Part shown: in pieces, positions 11,422-23,122 of the stretch
How positions within the stretch are numbered: the stretch's first letter is position 1
Layout of the letters: each line of letters starts with the position of its first letter
Assembly (NCBI GenBank): GCA_013239625.1
Contig: MU053397.1
Location: forward strand, 9,609-43,363
Direction: 5' to 3'
Length of the DNA: 33,755 bases
Source: Lama guanicoe
Taxonomy: Eukaryota
Position numbers and translations under genes: made by a program
Notes under the pieces: model-generated
Told to the model about the DNA's origin: nothing
What the model saw: the letters and a program-made list of their open reading frames with translations, nothing else
Databases searched by the model: none

Positions 11422-11826
11422 CTCCACAATCTCTTCTAGAAAACAGAGGAGGAGGCACCCTTCTCAACTCATTCCATGAAGCTGCTATTACCCTGAAACT
11501 GAAGTAAAGACAAAGATAGTACAAAAATTATAACTTCAGACAAATATCCCTCATGAATATACAAGCAAAAATTTTTAACAAAATATTAGAAAATAAAATC
11601 CAGGAACATATAAAGAACATGTGGAGTTTATTTCAAGGATACGAGTTTGGTTCAATATTTAAAAGTCAATCAGTATAATCCACCACATCAACAGGCTAAA
11701 GAAGAGAAATCATCTGATCACATCAACTGATGCTTAAAAAGTATCTGACCAAGTGTGACACCCATTCATGGTACAAACAGAAAACTCGGAAAACTAGGAA
11801 TAGAAGGAATCAACTCAACTTGATAT
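11422..11826 (+). mobile_element. L1 ORF2 (RT region) fragment, the inverted 5' part of the adjacent L1
   Basis: Degenerate LHNLF.K.EEE..L.NSF.EA.ITL...HHINRLKKRNH.I.S.DA.K...LGIEG..LNLI motifs. Confidence 0.8.
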
Positions 11827-12402
11827 TTATGAAATCAATAAACTATAGATCAAATGAGATCAACTGAGATCAAATTAGGTCATATTCTGTGTTATGAATA
11901 AGGCCCTATTATAAGGGCTAATGATCCACTATGTCACTATACATGTGTGGAAGTCCAGTAAATTCCATTACTTATTATAAGTCCATCAGTAAAAGTAAAT
12001 TTATAAATTCTACAATCAATCCATGGGGATACTGGCTCAAAATGTATTTCATCTCTTGATTTGGAAAGTCTACCTTAGAAACAAGATATGATCCTTGGGT
12101 TTTAATCTCCACTCTTTCTTTCATCCATTCTTTCAGCAAGGATTTATTGAGGCTATCCTGAGGCACTGCTCAAGGTGTTGCAGGTAGAGCATGAAACAAA
12201 CATAAACTTTCATGACACCACACAGCTTACACTCTGATGAGGGGGGGCAGATATAAACAATTATTAATATATACCACACTGTATATTATATGGTGATTAG
12301 TGTTATTAAAACAAAAAATAGGAATGTAAGAGAGGGAATACTGTGGTAGTGGTGGATCTAAATAGGAAAAGTGATCAATGAGCAAATATTAAAAGAGATG
12401 AG

Positions 12403-13549
12403 CATGCTAAGCAAAATAATGGCCCTCCTCCCAAAGATACCCACATCCTAATTCCTGGAAACTTAAATCTGTTTAACTTACATTGCAAAAGGGAATTTGC
12501 AGATATTAATAAAGTTACCAACCTTGAGATGAAGAGATTATCCAAGTGGGCCTGTCGCCGATAGGTGCAACTGGTGTTCCAGGTTCTTGTCCCATCCCAG
12601 AAAGAATTCAGAGACAAGACTTAGAGGTTAAAAAGGTAAAGTGAGGATTTATTAAGGGATGGATAGTACACTCTCAGGGGAGAGCAGGCAGGCTCAGGTG
12701 AGCAGCTGCCCTGAGTTTCTTTGGCAAGTTTGTTACATAGGGTGTAAAAATGAATGGGCGGAATAGTCACTGGGGAGGGAGGGTTGGGGGTCGTATTCCC
12801 TGATTATCATCCCAACTCCACCTTCCCAAAGGGAGGAGGGATTTTTGTCCTTATTTAGTCTGGATTGGAAGTGTCATGGCGTCAGTGCATGATGGGTACT
12901 TCTGATCTGCAAGGCTAATTTTATTGAAATGAGGGCATAATGAGTAAAAGGTTACATTCAGACACTGGAAATTCCTGCCTTTTCTGACCTTTTGTGTTGG
13001 TCTCCAAGTCAAAAGGTGTGGCCTCTTCTCAACCCAAAGATTCCAGCTTTTCTTTCTCTGCCCAAGGATCCCTGCTGCTCACATGATGCGTGGTTTCCTG
13101 CATTTGGCCTCTGCCCCTCCTTTCTGCCTAATTCCTGCATTTTGGTCTCTGTCCCCCTTTCTCTGCTCATATCTAGCTATCTGCCTGCTCTAACAGGCCC
13201 AGTCTAACCACATTGGGTCCTTAAAATCAAAGCACCTTTCCCAGCTATGGTCATAGGGATATGCGACTATGGAAGATGGATCAGAGAGACGCATTTTTGC
13301 TTTGAGGTTGGAGAAAAAGCACCAAAAGCCAATGAATGTGGGTGACCTCTATAAGCTGGAAAAAGAAAGGAAATGGATTTGCCTCTACAGCCTCCAGAAG
13401 AGAATACAGACATCCCAACATCTTAATTTTAGCCCAGTGAGACCTGTGTCAGATTTGTGACCTACAAAACTGTAAGATAATAAATTTGTGTTGCTTTAAA
13501 TCACTAATTTTGTGATAATATTTTACAGCTGCAGTAGAAAATTAATATA
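12403..13549 (+). mobile_element. MLT1D-like MaLR LTR, split by a younger LTR
   Basis: aataatggccc...cacatcctaattcctgga...gagattatcc, resuming at ...agcccagtgagacc...aactgtaagataataaatttgtgttgctttaaa. 5-bp TSD atgag (12398-12402) / gtgag (13550-13554). Confidence 0.85.
12553..13195 (-). mobile_element. ERV1-class solo LTR, 643 bp, probably lineage-specific
   Basis: TGT...ACA termini, perfect 4-bp TSD ggcc (12549-12552 / 13196-13199), and a minus-strand AATAAA at 12648-12653. Confidence 0.85.
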
Positions 13550-14955
13550 GTGAGGGAGTGTCTTGCTTATTAAACAAGGATCAGTGGGGAGGTCTGTGAG
13601 TCTGGAGAAGTGCAGTGTTAGAAGATGAGGTCAGAGTGAAAGGGTGGAGGTAGAAGATTATGAATGGCCTTGGTGGCTTGTGTAATAACATTGGTTTTTA
13701 CTCTGAGGTGGGAAACCATTGTGAATTTTTAATCAGAGAAATGTGATGTCTTACATCTTAAAGGGATAGCTACTTTGTAGGAGGGCAAGGATAAAAGCCT
13801 GGAGCCCACTGAATAGGCTCTTTCAGTGACACAGGTGATGGCAGCTTTGATGAGGGCAAAGGCTATGGGGATGAGTAGTCAGGCAAATATTCTGAAGCTG
13901 AGTTCAGAAGTATTTCCTTGGGGCTTGAATGTTGGGTGTGAGAGAGGTCTGAGCAAATGAGAAGTTAAGTTTATTAAATGAGATGGAGAAAACTATGAAC
14001 AGACTTAGAAAAGAGAAAGAATAGGAGCTTAGTTTCAGATATGTTAAATTTGAGGAACTTACTGAAGAGACAGTTAGTAAGCATCTGAATAGATGACCTT
14101 AGAGTTAGTGGAATGACCCATAATGGAAATGTAAATCTGGGTATCATCTGGGAGGTTCAGGAGGTGAGAGATGTGAGAAGCAGAAACTTTGAGAACAGAA
14201 GTAACCACCAAGGGAGTGAGGGTAGCTAGGGAAGAGAAAAGATTGGACTCTGAGGGGCCCTAGTGTCAAGAGATTAGGAATATGAGGAGGAATCCTGCAA
14301 AGCAGCCTGAAGAGAAGAAGTAGCCAATGAAGTAGGAAAGAAGCAGGCAAGTGTGTGTCCTGGAAACCAATGAAGTATGTTTCAAGGAGAAAGATGATCA
14401 ATGACAAATGTAGCTTTCAGATCAACTAATATGAGGACTAAGAATTGACCAGTGGTTTAAGCAACATGAAGGTAATAGATGCCCTTGAAAAGAACAATTT
14501 CAGAAGAATAGTGGGAATGTAGGCTGCTGATTTGAAACAGAGTTGATTTAAGAAAGATTGGCAAGTGAGGAATTGGCAATAGCAAATGATGATAACCTTC
14601 GCAAGAAGATATTCTGCAAATATCTACATAAGTTTCAAAAAGGAAAAACCCATAAAAGTATTTAAAAAGGTCTTGCACTACAGTTTCTGCTAGTGTCATG
14701 GGAAAATGAGGACACAAATTTAGCCCTCCACCAGTGTTGGTATGAAACATGCTAACCTGGAGACATTGAAATTTTAGATATTGGCTTTGATCTTGTTTTT
14801 ATATCTTGTTATGCTAATAGAAGAAATTATATCCTTAGGTTAGAGAAAGCCTTTCTAATTTAAAATCTAGAATCATTTTTAAATTGTAAAAAAAAAATAA
14901 TAATCATTTTATCTACCAAAAAATATGTCTAAATATCAAATTAAAAAGAAACAAG

Positions 14956-15199
14956 GTGACAGACTGGAACTCGAAATTTGTAGATACTGACAAGTATATA
15001 TAGAATAGATAAACAAGATTATACTGTATAGCACAGGGAAATATATACAAGATATTGTGGTAGCTCACAGTGAAAAAGAATGCAACAATGAATATATGTA
15101 TGTTAATGTATAACTGAAAAATTGTGCTCTACACTGGAAAAATGACACAACATTGTAAACTGATTATAACTCAATAAAAAAATAATTTACAAAGAAAAG
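14956..15199 (+). mobile_element. Young (camelid-type) L1 3' end
   Basis: tatactgtatagcacagggaaatatatacaaga...aaattgtgctctacac...caataaaaa with an A-rich tail. TSD aaagaaacaag at 14945-14955 / 15200-15210. Confidence 0.8.
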
Positions 15200-15276
15200 A
15201 AAGAAACAAGTAGCAAAATCAAAAGACAAATGATAGAGGAAAAAATTAATCTCAATTCATAGTGTAAAAGACAAAT

Positions 15277-16815
15277 GTCAAAACAGTCTTGAGAAAGAAG
15301 AGCAGAGCAGGAGGTATCATACTCTCTGACTACATAATATATTACAAAGCTACAGTAATCAAAACAGTATGGTATCAGCACAAAAACAGACACATAGATC
15401 AATGGAAGAAAATAGAGAGCTTACATATTAACCCACACATTTATGGTCAACTAATCTATTACAAAGGAGGCAAAAATATGCAATTGGGAAAAGATATTCT
15501 CTTCAGTAAGTGGTGCTGGGAAAACTGGACAGCTACCTGTAAAAGACTGAAATTAAAACATTCTCTGACAGCACGTACACAATGAAACTCAAAGTGGATT
15601 AAAGACCATTCACCATAAAACTACTAAAAGAAAACATAGGCAGAACACTCTGATATAAATCATAGCAATACTTTTTTGGATATGTCTCCCCAGGAAAAGG
15701 AAACAAATCAAAAATAAACAAATGGGACCTAAGTAAATTTAAAATTTTTGCACTGCAAAGGAAACTGTCAACAAAATGATAAGTCAACCTACTAAATGGG
15801 AGAAAATATTTGCAAATGATATGACCAACAAGGGGTTAGTGTCCAAAATATATAAACAGCTCACACAAATCAATATTTAAAAAAACAGATAATTAAAAAT
15901 TGGACAGAATATCTGAACATATTTTCAAAGAAGACACACAGATAGCCAAGAGACACATGAAATGATGCTCAACATTGCTATTCAGAGAAAAGTAAATCAA
16001 AACCATAATGAGATATCACCTCACAACTATCAGAATGGTTATCATCAAAAAGACCACAAATAACAGATGTTGATGAGGATATTGAGAAAAGGGAACCCTT
16101 GTACACTGTTGGTTGGAATGTAAATTGGTGCAGCCACTGTGGAAAACAGTATGGAGATTCCTCAAAAAAACTAAAAATAGAACTGCCATTTGATCCAGAA
16201 ATTCTACTCCTGGGTATATAAGTAAAGAAAACAAAAACACTATTTGGAAAAGATACATGCACCCCAATGTTTATAGCAGCATTATTTACAATAGCCAAGA
16301 TATGGCAGCAATGTAAGTGTCCAACAATAGATGAATGGATAAAGAAGGATGTGATTTATATATATAAAATGGAATGCTACTCAGCCATAAAAAAGAATGA
16401 AATTTTGCCACTTGCAACAACATGGATGGACCTGGAGAGTATTATACTTAGTGAAATAAATCAAACAGAGAAAGACAAATATTGTATGTTATCACTTATA
16501 TGTGAAATCTAAAAAAATAAAACAAACATGAATATAACAAAACAGAAACTGACTTATAGATAAAGAGAACAAACTGGTGGTTACCAGTGGGTAGAGAGAA
16601 GAGGGAGGGGAAATTCAGAGATAGGGAACTAAGAGGTACAACTACTATGTATAAAATAAATAAGCTACAAGGGTATATTGTGCAGCACAGGTAATATAGC
16701 CAACACTTTATGATAACTTTAAATGGAGCATAAACTATAAAAATTTAGAATCACTGTTGTGCACCTGAAATTAATGTAATATTGTAAATCACATATATTT
16801 CAACAAAAAATTAAA
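15277..16815 (+). mobile_element. 5'-truncated L1 (L1MA/artiodactyl type): disrupted ORF2 C-terminus plus 3' UTR
   Basis: ORFs 15289-15585 ([26 protein letters not shown]) and 16267-16512 ([26 protein letters not shown]) are canonical ORF2 motifs broken by stops and frameshifts. Confidence 0.92.
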
Positions 16816-16839
16816 TTCAAAGGGAGAAATTTCCCCAAA

Positions 16840-17335
16840 AAGGCAAATTAAGATTACACCAAGCAATTAGCCTAAACAATCATAATGGCATAAATTCAAA
16901 GTTAGACAATACCAATTTGTAGGCAATTTTATGAAGAAACTGACAGTCTTACCTATTACAGGTGAAAGTGAAAAATAGTGTAACTCCTATGAAGAGAAAT
17001 TTGGCAATTTTTATTTAATTATAAATGCATTTATTCTCTGACACAAGACTTTGCTTTGAGGAATTATCCTACAGAATCATATGTATAAAATGAAATGATG
17101 TATGAGCAACTATTCACTAAAACCTTGTTTGTAATAGAAAAAAACCCAAATGTTATCAAACTCAAACTTATACCCTGTGAACCCTCCACACATGGGAGCA
17201 GCATACAGCGACACAAAGCAAGGAGGGGGCGCTTTGTGTGTGGCCCTGGGAAGCGCTCCAGGACAAATTACTAACTGCGTCAAAAAAAAGTCATAAAAAA
17301 GGGCATATAGTATGATATCTTTTATTTATAAAAGG
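16840..17335 (+). mobile_element. Old L1ME-like fragment (other pieces probably at about 14830-14944 and 15211-15276)
   Basis: aatttggcaa...aaatgcatttattctctgac...ggaattatcctacaga...ttgtttgtaatagaaaaaa...atatagtatgata. Confidence 0.65.
17219..17233 (+). promoter_or_regulatory. CTCF-like motif CAAGGAGGGGGCGCT
   Basis: 13/15 match to the CCASYAGRKGGCRCT core. Motif match only; no binding evidence. Confidence 0.35.
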
Positions 17336-17474
17336 GGGTGTGGCTACAGTAGACAAGGACAGGTTAGGGAGGGACTTCTTAATGCCGTTACAGTTGGATT
17401 TTTTAATCATGTGAATGTGTAAACTATCCAAACCAAAAAGAAACATAATAAAATAAAAACAAAGAAGAACTGGA

Positions 17475-17640
17475 ATCAAACCTTGATTCACTTATAGACT
17501 GTGTAACCTTGAACAGTAACTTAACCATCATCCTGAGCTTGGTTTCTTAATCCACAAAATTGGAAAAACAAACTTTGTTTATCTCATAATTTTTTCTTTT
17601 TATAAATGACGTAAAACACGTGAAAATGCTTTTGAACCAT
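17475..17640 (+). mobile_element. MIR SINE
   Basis: cacttatagactgtgtaaccttgaac...tttcttaatccacaaaattgg...gtgaaaatgctttt. Confidence 0.65.
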
Positions 17641-20049
17641 GGAATGGCATGAAAGGAAGACACATTATTTTTTATTTTCAGTTTTCTTAAAATGAGTTGC
17701 TAGCAAACATACAAAACAAGGCATAATCTAACAAGTCAATGGACACAGAGCCCTCTAATATTCAGCGTAAGTTCTTTACTCATTCTTCTCACTCGTCATT
17801 CATTCTTCCAAAATTCTGTTTCACTCATAAAAGCTTTTCTCGAGGCTGAGATGCAGTTACAGAACAAAACAGGGACAACAGAGTGGAGCCCCTGGAGCAA
17901 CAGCCCCTCCACATTCTCCCCTCTGGGCTGCCCCTCAGTTGCCTCGCTTCCCTTGGTGGCTAGGTGCTCATGGAGATGCCTCTGGCCTCCTGTCCTGCTG
18001 CTGCTCAGAGAATCCCCTGCTACCCACTGTAGCACCAGATTCTTATTTCTGTCTACAACTTTTGCCATCTCTGCTGTCCCCTCCCCAACCAAATTTGCTA
18101 CTTCCAGGCACCCACCTGTGAGGAAGGCCACCAGGTGCAGGGGTCAGAAATGAGCCATGGGAACAGCTCCTCAGATTGGCCTCCTGCATGCTGAGGCCTC
18201 TCCTGCTTTCATTGGTCTCCACAGTGTAGAGTGGGAACTCCTCCTACTGGGGAAGGCCTGGGACTCATAGGGCCCAGGCACACCAGTGATTATCTCTTGC
18301 CATAGCCTGAAGAGTGGGATTTTTCCCTTCAGATCTCCTGCATATGTTCCTGCAAAGGAACTGCACCTCACATAAGGAAGAAATTTCTATCATCCCCTCG
18401 CCTTATCTCTGGTTAGCAGTGAGCGGGCTTGGTGTCCCCATTCCTCATATCCCCAGCCTCTCTCCCTCCCTGTCCTTTCACTTGTGTCCTGTCTAATTTC
18501 ACAGTCAATGGAACCAGGTCTCTCTGTTTCCTCCTGCAAGTATCACCAGCCTGTGGAAGTTTCCTCTACAGACACAGCTCTCAATTCTGGCCAATTCTTC
18601 ATTTAAAAAGAATGATTCTGGGGCAGCTACAAACACTGTAGGCATTTTCTAAGATCATTGCTATGCAAAATTACAATTTCAGAACAGTAATCCCCAGCCT
18701 TGGTTGATGAGTATCAGATTTCCCAAAAGACAACAGCCTCAAATTGACCAAAATTCCCTCTAAGAATATGTTTTCATTCATTTTAAGGATGACTGTCACA
18801 TGACACCCTAAGACCCACTATAAGCAAAGCGACAATGTCCCTCAAATCCCACACGGGTACTATTATGTATCTTGCAGTTATGGGGTCAGTCAGAAGTGAG
18901 AAAGAATGTTAATAAAACATTTTAAAAATCAAACTAATAAAGGTTTTAACATCAAAATTATTCAAGTCAATTTCTAAAAGGAAAGATCATAAAACCCATA
19001 AGAAAAACACATTTCTAAACAGCAGAATTTAAAGAAATATACACATTACTTTGACAAACCCTGTATTAAAAAGAGGAAAAGCACAGATATACACCACACC
19101 AGACGGCCACACAACAAGGAAAGGAAAAGCCACCATCTCTAATGCCAATGGGATACGACGTGTGATCCAAGGGTACAAGGCTCAGTGATACTTGAGAATT
19201 CAGAAATGCACAGCCATCTGCTGAATTACTTTTTGCTTGTCTGGAGCTCAGTTTGGTCAAAGTCTCTGTTTTTCATGTACACCCAAAGTCCCCACTAAGA
19301 ACTGAGACCAAAGAATTACTGTGGTTTCACTACAAAGTTTCAATGACTGCCACAGAATATTTCTAGATTACACTGGAAATCATTTGCTATAAATATTTCC
19401 TTATGTCTCTATCTTCCACTCAGCTGAAAAGATCTCTTTTCTTTCTGATCTTTAGCCATTGCTGAAGTGTTACCTGTCTGTCCTTATAATGCTTCCCAGA
19501 TGCCGTGTCCTGTAACCTTGTGCCGTGACCTCAGCATGACAGCCATTCTGGTGGCTGTCGGCTGAGGCTGTTGCACTTGCTCACCAAAAGCAGTGGACTG
19601 TTGGTGCCCCTCACTTGCTGTGTGCCCGTGGCCCTGGCTGGCGGCCTCCCCACAGGCTGCTCTGTCAGTGTCACTAGGTGACAGGTCCTGAGGGCCACTT
19701 TCCTAGGCTGCACGATGCTTCTGAAACCTCCTCAGCAAGAGAGCAGGTGTCACTGCCCTGAGCCACCAGAGTTCATGCTCATGACCCCCAAGTGGATCCA
19801 TTTTCTACAAATAGCCATGGCAGTGAGGGTAATTCTATCCATGTGATTCTAGGTGAACTATGAACACAAAATACAGGTTAGGTCCCCTTGTACACTTAGT
19901 CTAATCTTCAGATAGTTATTTTAAAAATAAAATATTTAAAAAGAATATTTAGAATATTATTTGAGTCATTTTAGTGGCTCAAAAAACATAACTTTACACA
20001 AGGGAAATTTTAAAAGAATGTAAAATTTTGACACAGAATGATCTAAAAT

Positions 20050-20130
20050 AAATCCCTTTATTCTGCAGATGAGGAAACTATAACTCAAGGATTTCCCCAG
20101 GTCACAGTGACTTTTAACTAGAAGTCAGCT
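20050..20130 (-). mobile_element. MIR fragment
   Basis: attctgcagatgaggaaact...ccccaggtcacag. Confidence 0.6.
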
Positions 20131-20578
20131 GACACGCTCTCATAATATTTTCACTGTACTTTTATAATTTGTATGTTAAAGGGCAAGCTCCAAATCAGGA
20201 TTTCAGTAGCCGAGCACCAAAAGCAAATTTTATTTTTCACTTTTAATCTTTACCACTGAAGTCTATTTAATAGAATCTTCTCTCACTTCCTTTTCTTCAC
20301 CATCTTACCTGATTTTCATAAAAATTACCTTCCAATCCATGGTAGGGTTGTTTGACATCTTCAGGGGTTTGGATATCTTCAGGATAAGTTCCTAATTGGC
20401 AAACCAAGTAAAACATGACTATAAATCATCACGGCTATAAAAGCCAGCCTGCGTGCCCACGGCCTGAGAGGAATCCAAGCAGGAAAAAGAAATTAGGCAG
20501 AAGATCCATATGGAGCCAGGCAAGGACAGATGGTAAGATGACCTGTTATTCTATTTACATCCCTCTACATCCAGGCTC

Positions 20579-20614
20579 TGTGTGTGTGTGTGGGTGGGTG
20601 GGTGGGTGGGTGTG
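20579..20614 (+). repeat. (TG)n-(TGGG)5 microsatellite
   Basis: Read directly: tgtgtgtgtgtg tgggtgggtgggtgggtggg tgtg. Confidence 0.95.
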
Positions 20615-20699
20615 ATGGGGAGAACAGTAACTCTATCCTCAGCCACCAGCACTATACTTGTAATTTCTCACCTGAACAATTTGATGCCTGTTAAAAGAC

Positions 20700-20875
20700 A
20701 TAAAGAATTCATGGACTCTGACTGTGACACCAGAGACCTGGGTTTGAATCTCCATTCTGACACAGCTGCTGTGTGCTTGGGGGAAGGCTCTTAATCTCTT
20801 CAGAATTGGGTTTCTTCCTCTGTGACAGAGAAGTAACTGTGTCTCCCTCCCAGGGATCACGGTGAGGTGAAGTTA
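20700..20875 (+). mobile_element. MIR SINE
   Basis: gacctgggtttgaatctc...ctgtgtgcttgggg...tttcttcctctgtga. Confidence 0.7.
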
Positions 20876-21769
20876 GACAGTTCGGGAAGAAGGCCTGTGT
20901 TCACGGAGGCCCAGTTTGTGCATTTCTCATTTGTGTTGATAAAGTAAGACTGCATCAATAAACAGGAGGGGAAATACAAACAGCACAGAGCAAAGGAGAT
21001 TGTTGTTTTAGTTTCTTTGCAGGCTAGAGATGTTTAAAAACCCTTTCCAAGAATACTATAAATTCTCCCCAGACTCCAGGTGGAAGCCTTTCTAATGCCA
21101 TTTGAAAGTTCACTGAGTTTAAGAAATTCTCTCTGGGGATGCCATGTCTCATACAAAAGCCTGCATTTTTCTGGCCTGGTTTGTTTTTGACCCCCTTTCC
21201 TGAGATCCTTTTTCCCCCTCCCTCCTCCATTCTCTCTCACTCTGCTTTTCTCCTTCCTGGCACTGCCCCTGCTAACTCCTGAGGCAAAAGTCTTTCTTGT
21301 TGTTAGCCTGTGCCCTTATTCAGCAGGTTCAGTGAGATCCGAAGGGGGTGAGGTATAAATGGACGAGAGAACATCACCCCTACATGCTCCCACCCCTCCC
21401 AGGCCCAAAGAGTGCTCTTCAGTGGCCTCTGTTGTGATCCTCCTTTCCTCTGGTTCAGCTTTATCATCTGTTCAGGGCAAAGGTGAAAGGTCACTGGGTG
21501 GAGCCACACTAATTGCACTCGGAAATCTCTCAGTAATGGAAGGACATCAGGGAAAACCAAGAAAAGAAAAATAGAAGCACAGAGGAGAAACTGCTGCCAA
21601 AAATTGTCACTAAATCCCCTTGGATTTATTTAGAGCATATTGCTCTGCATACAAACATGAAACCAAACCTCTAGCCCAGCCAATTTAGACCAATTTGATA
21701 TTTCAATGGAAACTAAAGCTGCACCTCTGTCATGCCAAAATATCCGGATGAAAAGTGAAAAACTGTGTC

Positions 21770-21885
21770 AATAAACAAACATCTGTTAAGCCTATTGCCT
21801 ATATCCAGCCCTGTGCTCGAGCACTGATGAGAGCATAAGAGAAATAGAACAGAGCACTTCTCTTCAAGCAGTTCACAATATGGCA
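21770..21885 (-). mobile_element. L2 3' end (probably continues at about 22240-22400)
   Basis: caataaacaaacatctgttaagcctattg...ccctgtgct...tcttcaagcagttcacaat. Confidence 0.55.
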
Positions 21886-22114
21886 GCAAACGCTAATAAT
21901 AGTAAGTCCTGCTTGTCAGCCCACCTTCACCACACACGCTGATCACTCACTTGCATTTTCTTTATCTGCTACTATTATTGTTTATTTATTTCCTATTTTT
22001 TTCTTATAGCGTTTATCAACTTTATCTCCATCTATCCACCTGTCCTTCCAGCCATCTATCCATTTGTATCTCTATCTATCTAGAGAAAAAGAGATTATTT
22101 ATTTTCTTAGTCAA

Positions 22115-22238
22115 TTTCTCCTTCGAGAATGTAAGCTCTTTGAGAAAGGGGGCTTGGTTTTGTTCACTGCTATAATCCTGGACCAAGAATTGAGTCTGAC
22201 ACATAATGGACACTCAATAAATATATTTGGAATGAACT
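22115..22238 (+). mobile_element. L2 3' end
   Basis: gaatgtaagctctttgag...ttttgttcactgct...ctgacacataatggacactcaataaatatatt. Confidence 0.75.
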
Positions 22239-22784
22239 AGTGATATAGAGCAATGAGATATTAACAAAAGAAGTCAGGAGAATCTTCATGGACAAAAGGC
22301 ATCTTCAGCTAAATCATAAAGGACAGATAGAATCTGTATGGCTAAGAGGACGGGCACAGCATGCCCTTAGATGCCAGGCTGGACTGGCCCAGCACAGACA
22401 ATGTGGAGGAAATACTTCATCTCTAAAGAACATGCAGGACACCAATGTCTGGCTGCCTGGCTTTAGGTGGATAAAGCATTAGAACATTTCTTTAATTCGT
22501 GGATGTTGATGTCATTCAAACATGGTTTCCCAGTATTTGTCTTCTCTTTTTAGAAGTTTGCAACCCAAGGCTTTCATTTAAGGAATGGATCATCATTGCC
22601 TATCTGAATAATTGAAACTCAGACTTCAGGGAGTTCAGAGTAGCTACTGTCAACACCCAGCTTGCCTCTGCTTTCCTGCTAGGCCTCTGATCTAGCTTAT
22701 CTTCCCTGCTTTACAGCCACTTGCAATAGAACTCGATATATACTCCTTTCCCCTCTTTTTGCTAAAAAGCAATCTAGTGTGTGG

Positions 22785-23122
22785 CTGTATGTGACAACAT
22801 GGCCAAACCATGAGGACATTTTGCTAAATAAAATAAGATGGTCATGGCAAAACAAATACTGCATGATTTCACTTATCCATGGTATCTAAAATAGCCTAAC
22901 TCATAGAATGAGACTAGAATGGTCAGAGGATGGAAGGGAAGGGAAGTGGGGAGTTTCTAAGCAACAGGCATAAAATCTCAACTATGTGAGATGACTGAGT
23001 TCTAGAGATTTGCTCTACAATATTGTCCCTGTAATCAACAATCCTGTATTGTACACTTAAAAATTTGTTACAAAGATAGATATCTTGTTAAGTGTTCTTA
23101 CTAAAATAAAAATAAAGATAAA
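22785..23122 (+). mobile_element. L1MA9/10-like 3' end
   Basis: gacaacatgg...aaatactgcatgatttcactta...ttctagagat...tgtattgtacacttaaaaatttgtta...aataaaataaa. Confidence 0.8.

Larger units (their letters stand above)
12118..14590 (-). mobile_element. L2 LINE (segments 12118-12402 and 13550-14590), interrupted by MLT1D
   Basis: Reverse L2 tail catccattctttcagcaaggatttattgagg, and purine-rich L2 body (gatgaggtcagag..., gaggactaagaattgaccagtggtttaagcaacatgaagg). Confidence 0.8.

Noticed and set aside
11847..11877. Short tandem repeats (agatcaa.tg x3; also gtctccaaaga x2 at 1723-1744)
   Set aside because: Ordinary slippage duplications.
15289..16512. ORFs with real protein similarity
   Set aside because: They are fragments of a dead L1 ORF2 (and its antisense frames) with stops and frameshifts, not host genes.
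17796..18641. Cluster of overlapping ORFs in a GC-richer segment
   Set aside because: Expected from the higher GC content, with no coherent protein or splice pattern. It may be enhancer-like, but I cannot support that.
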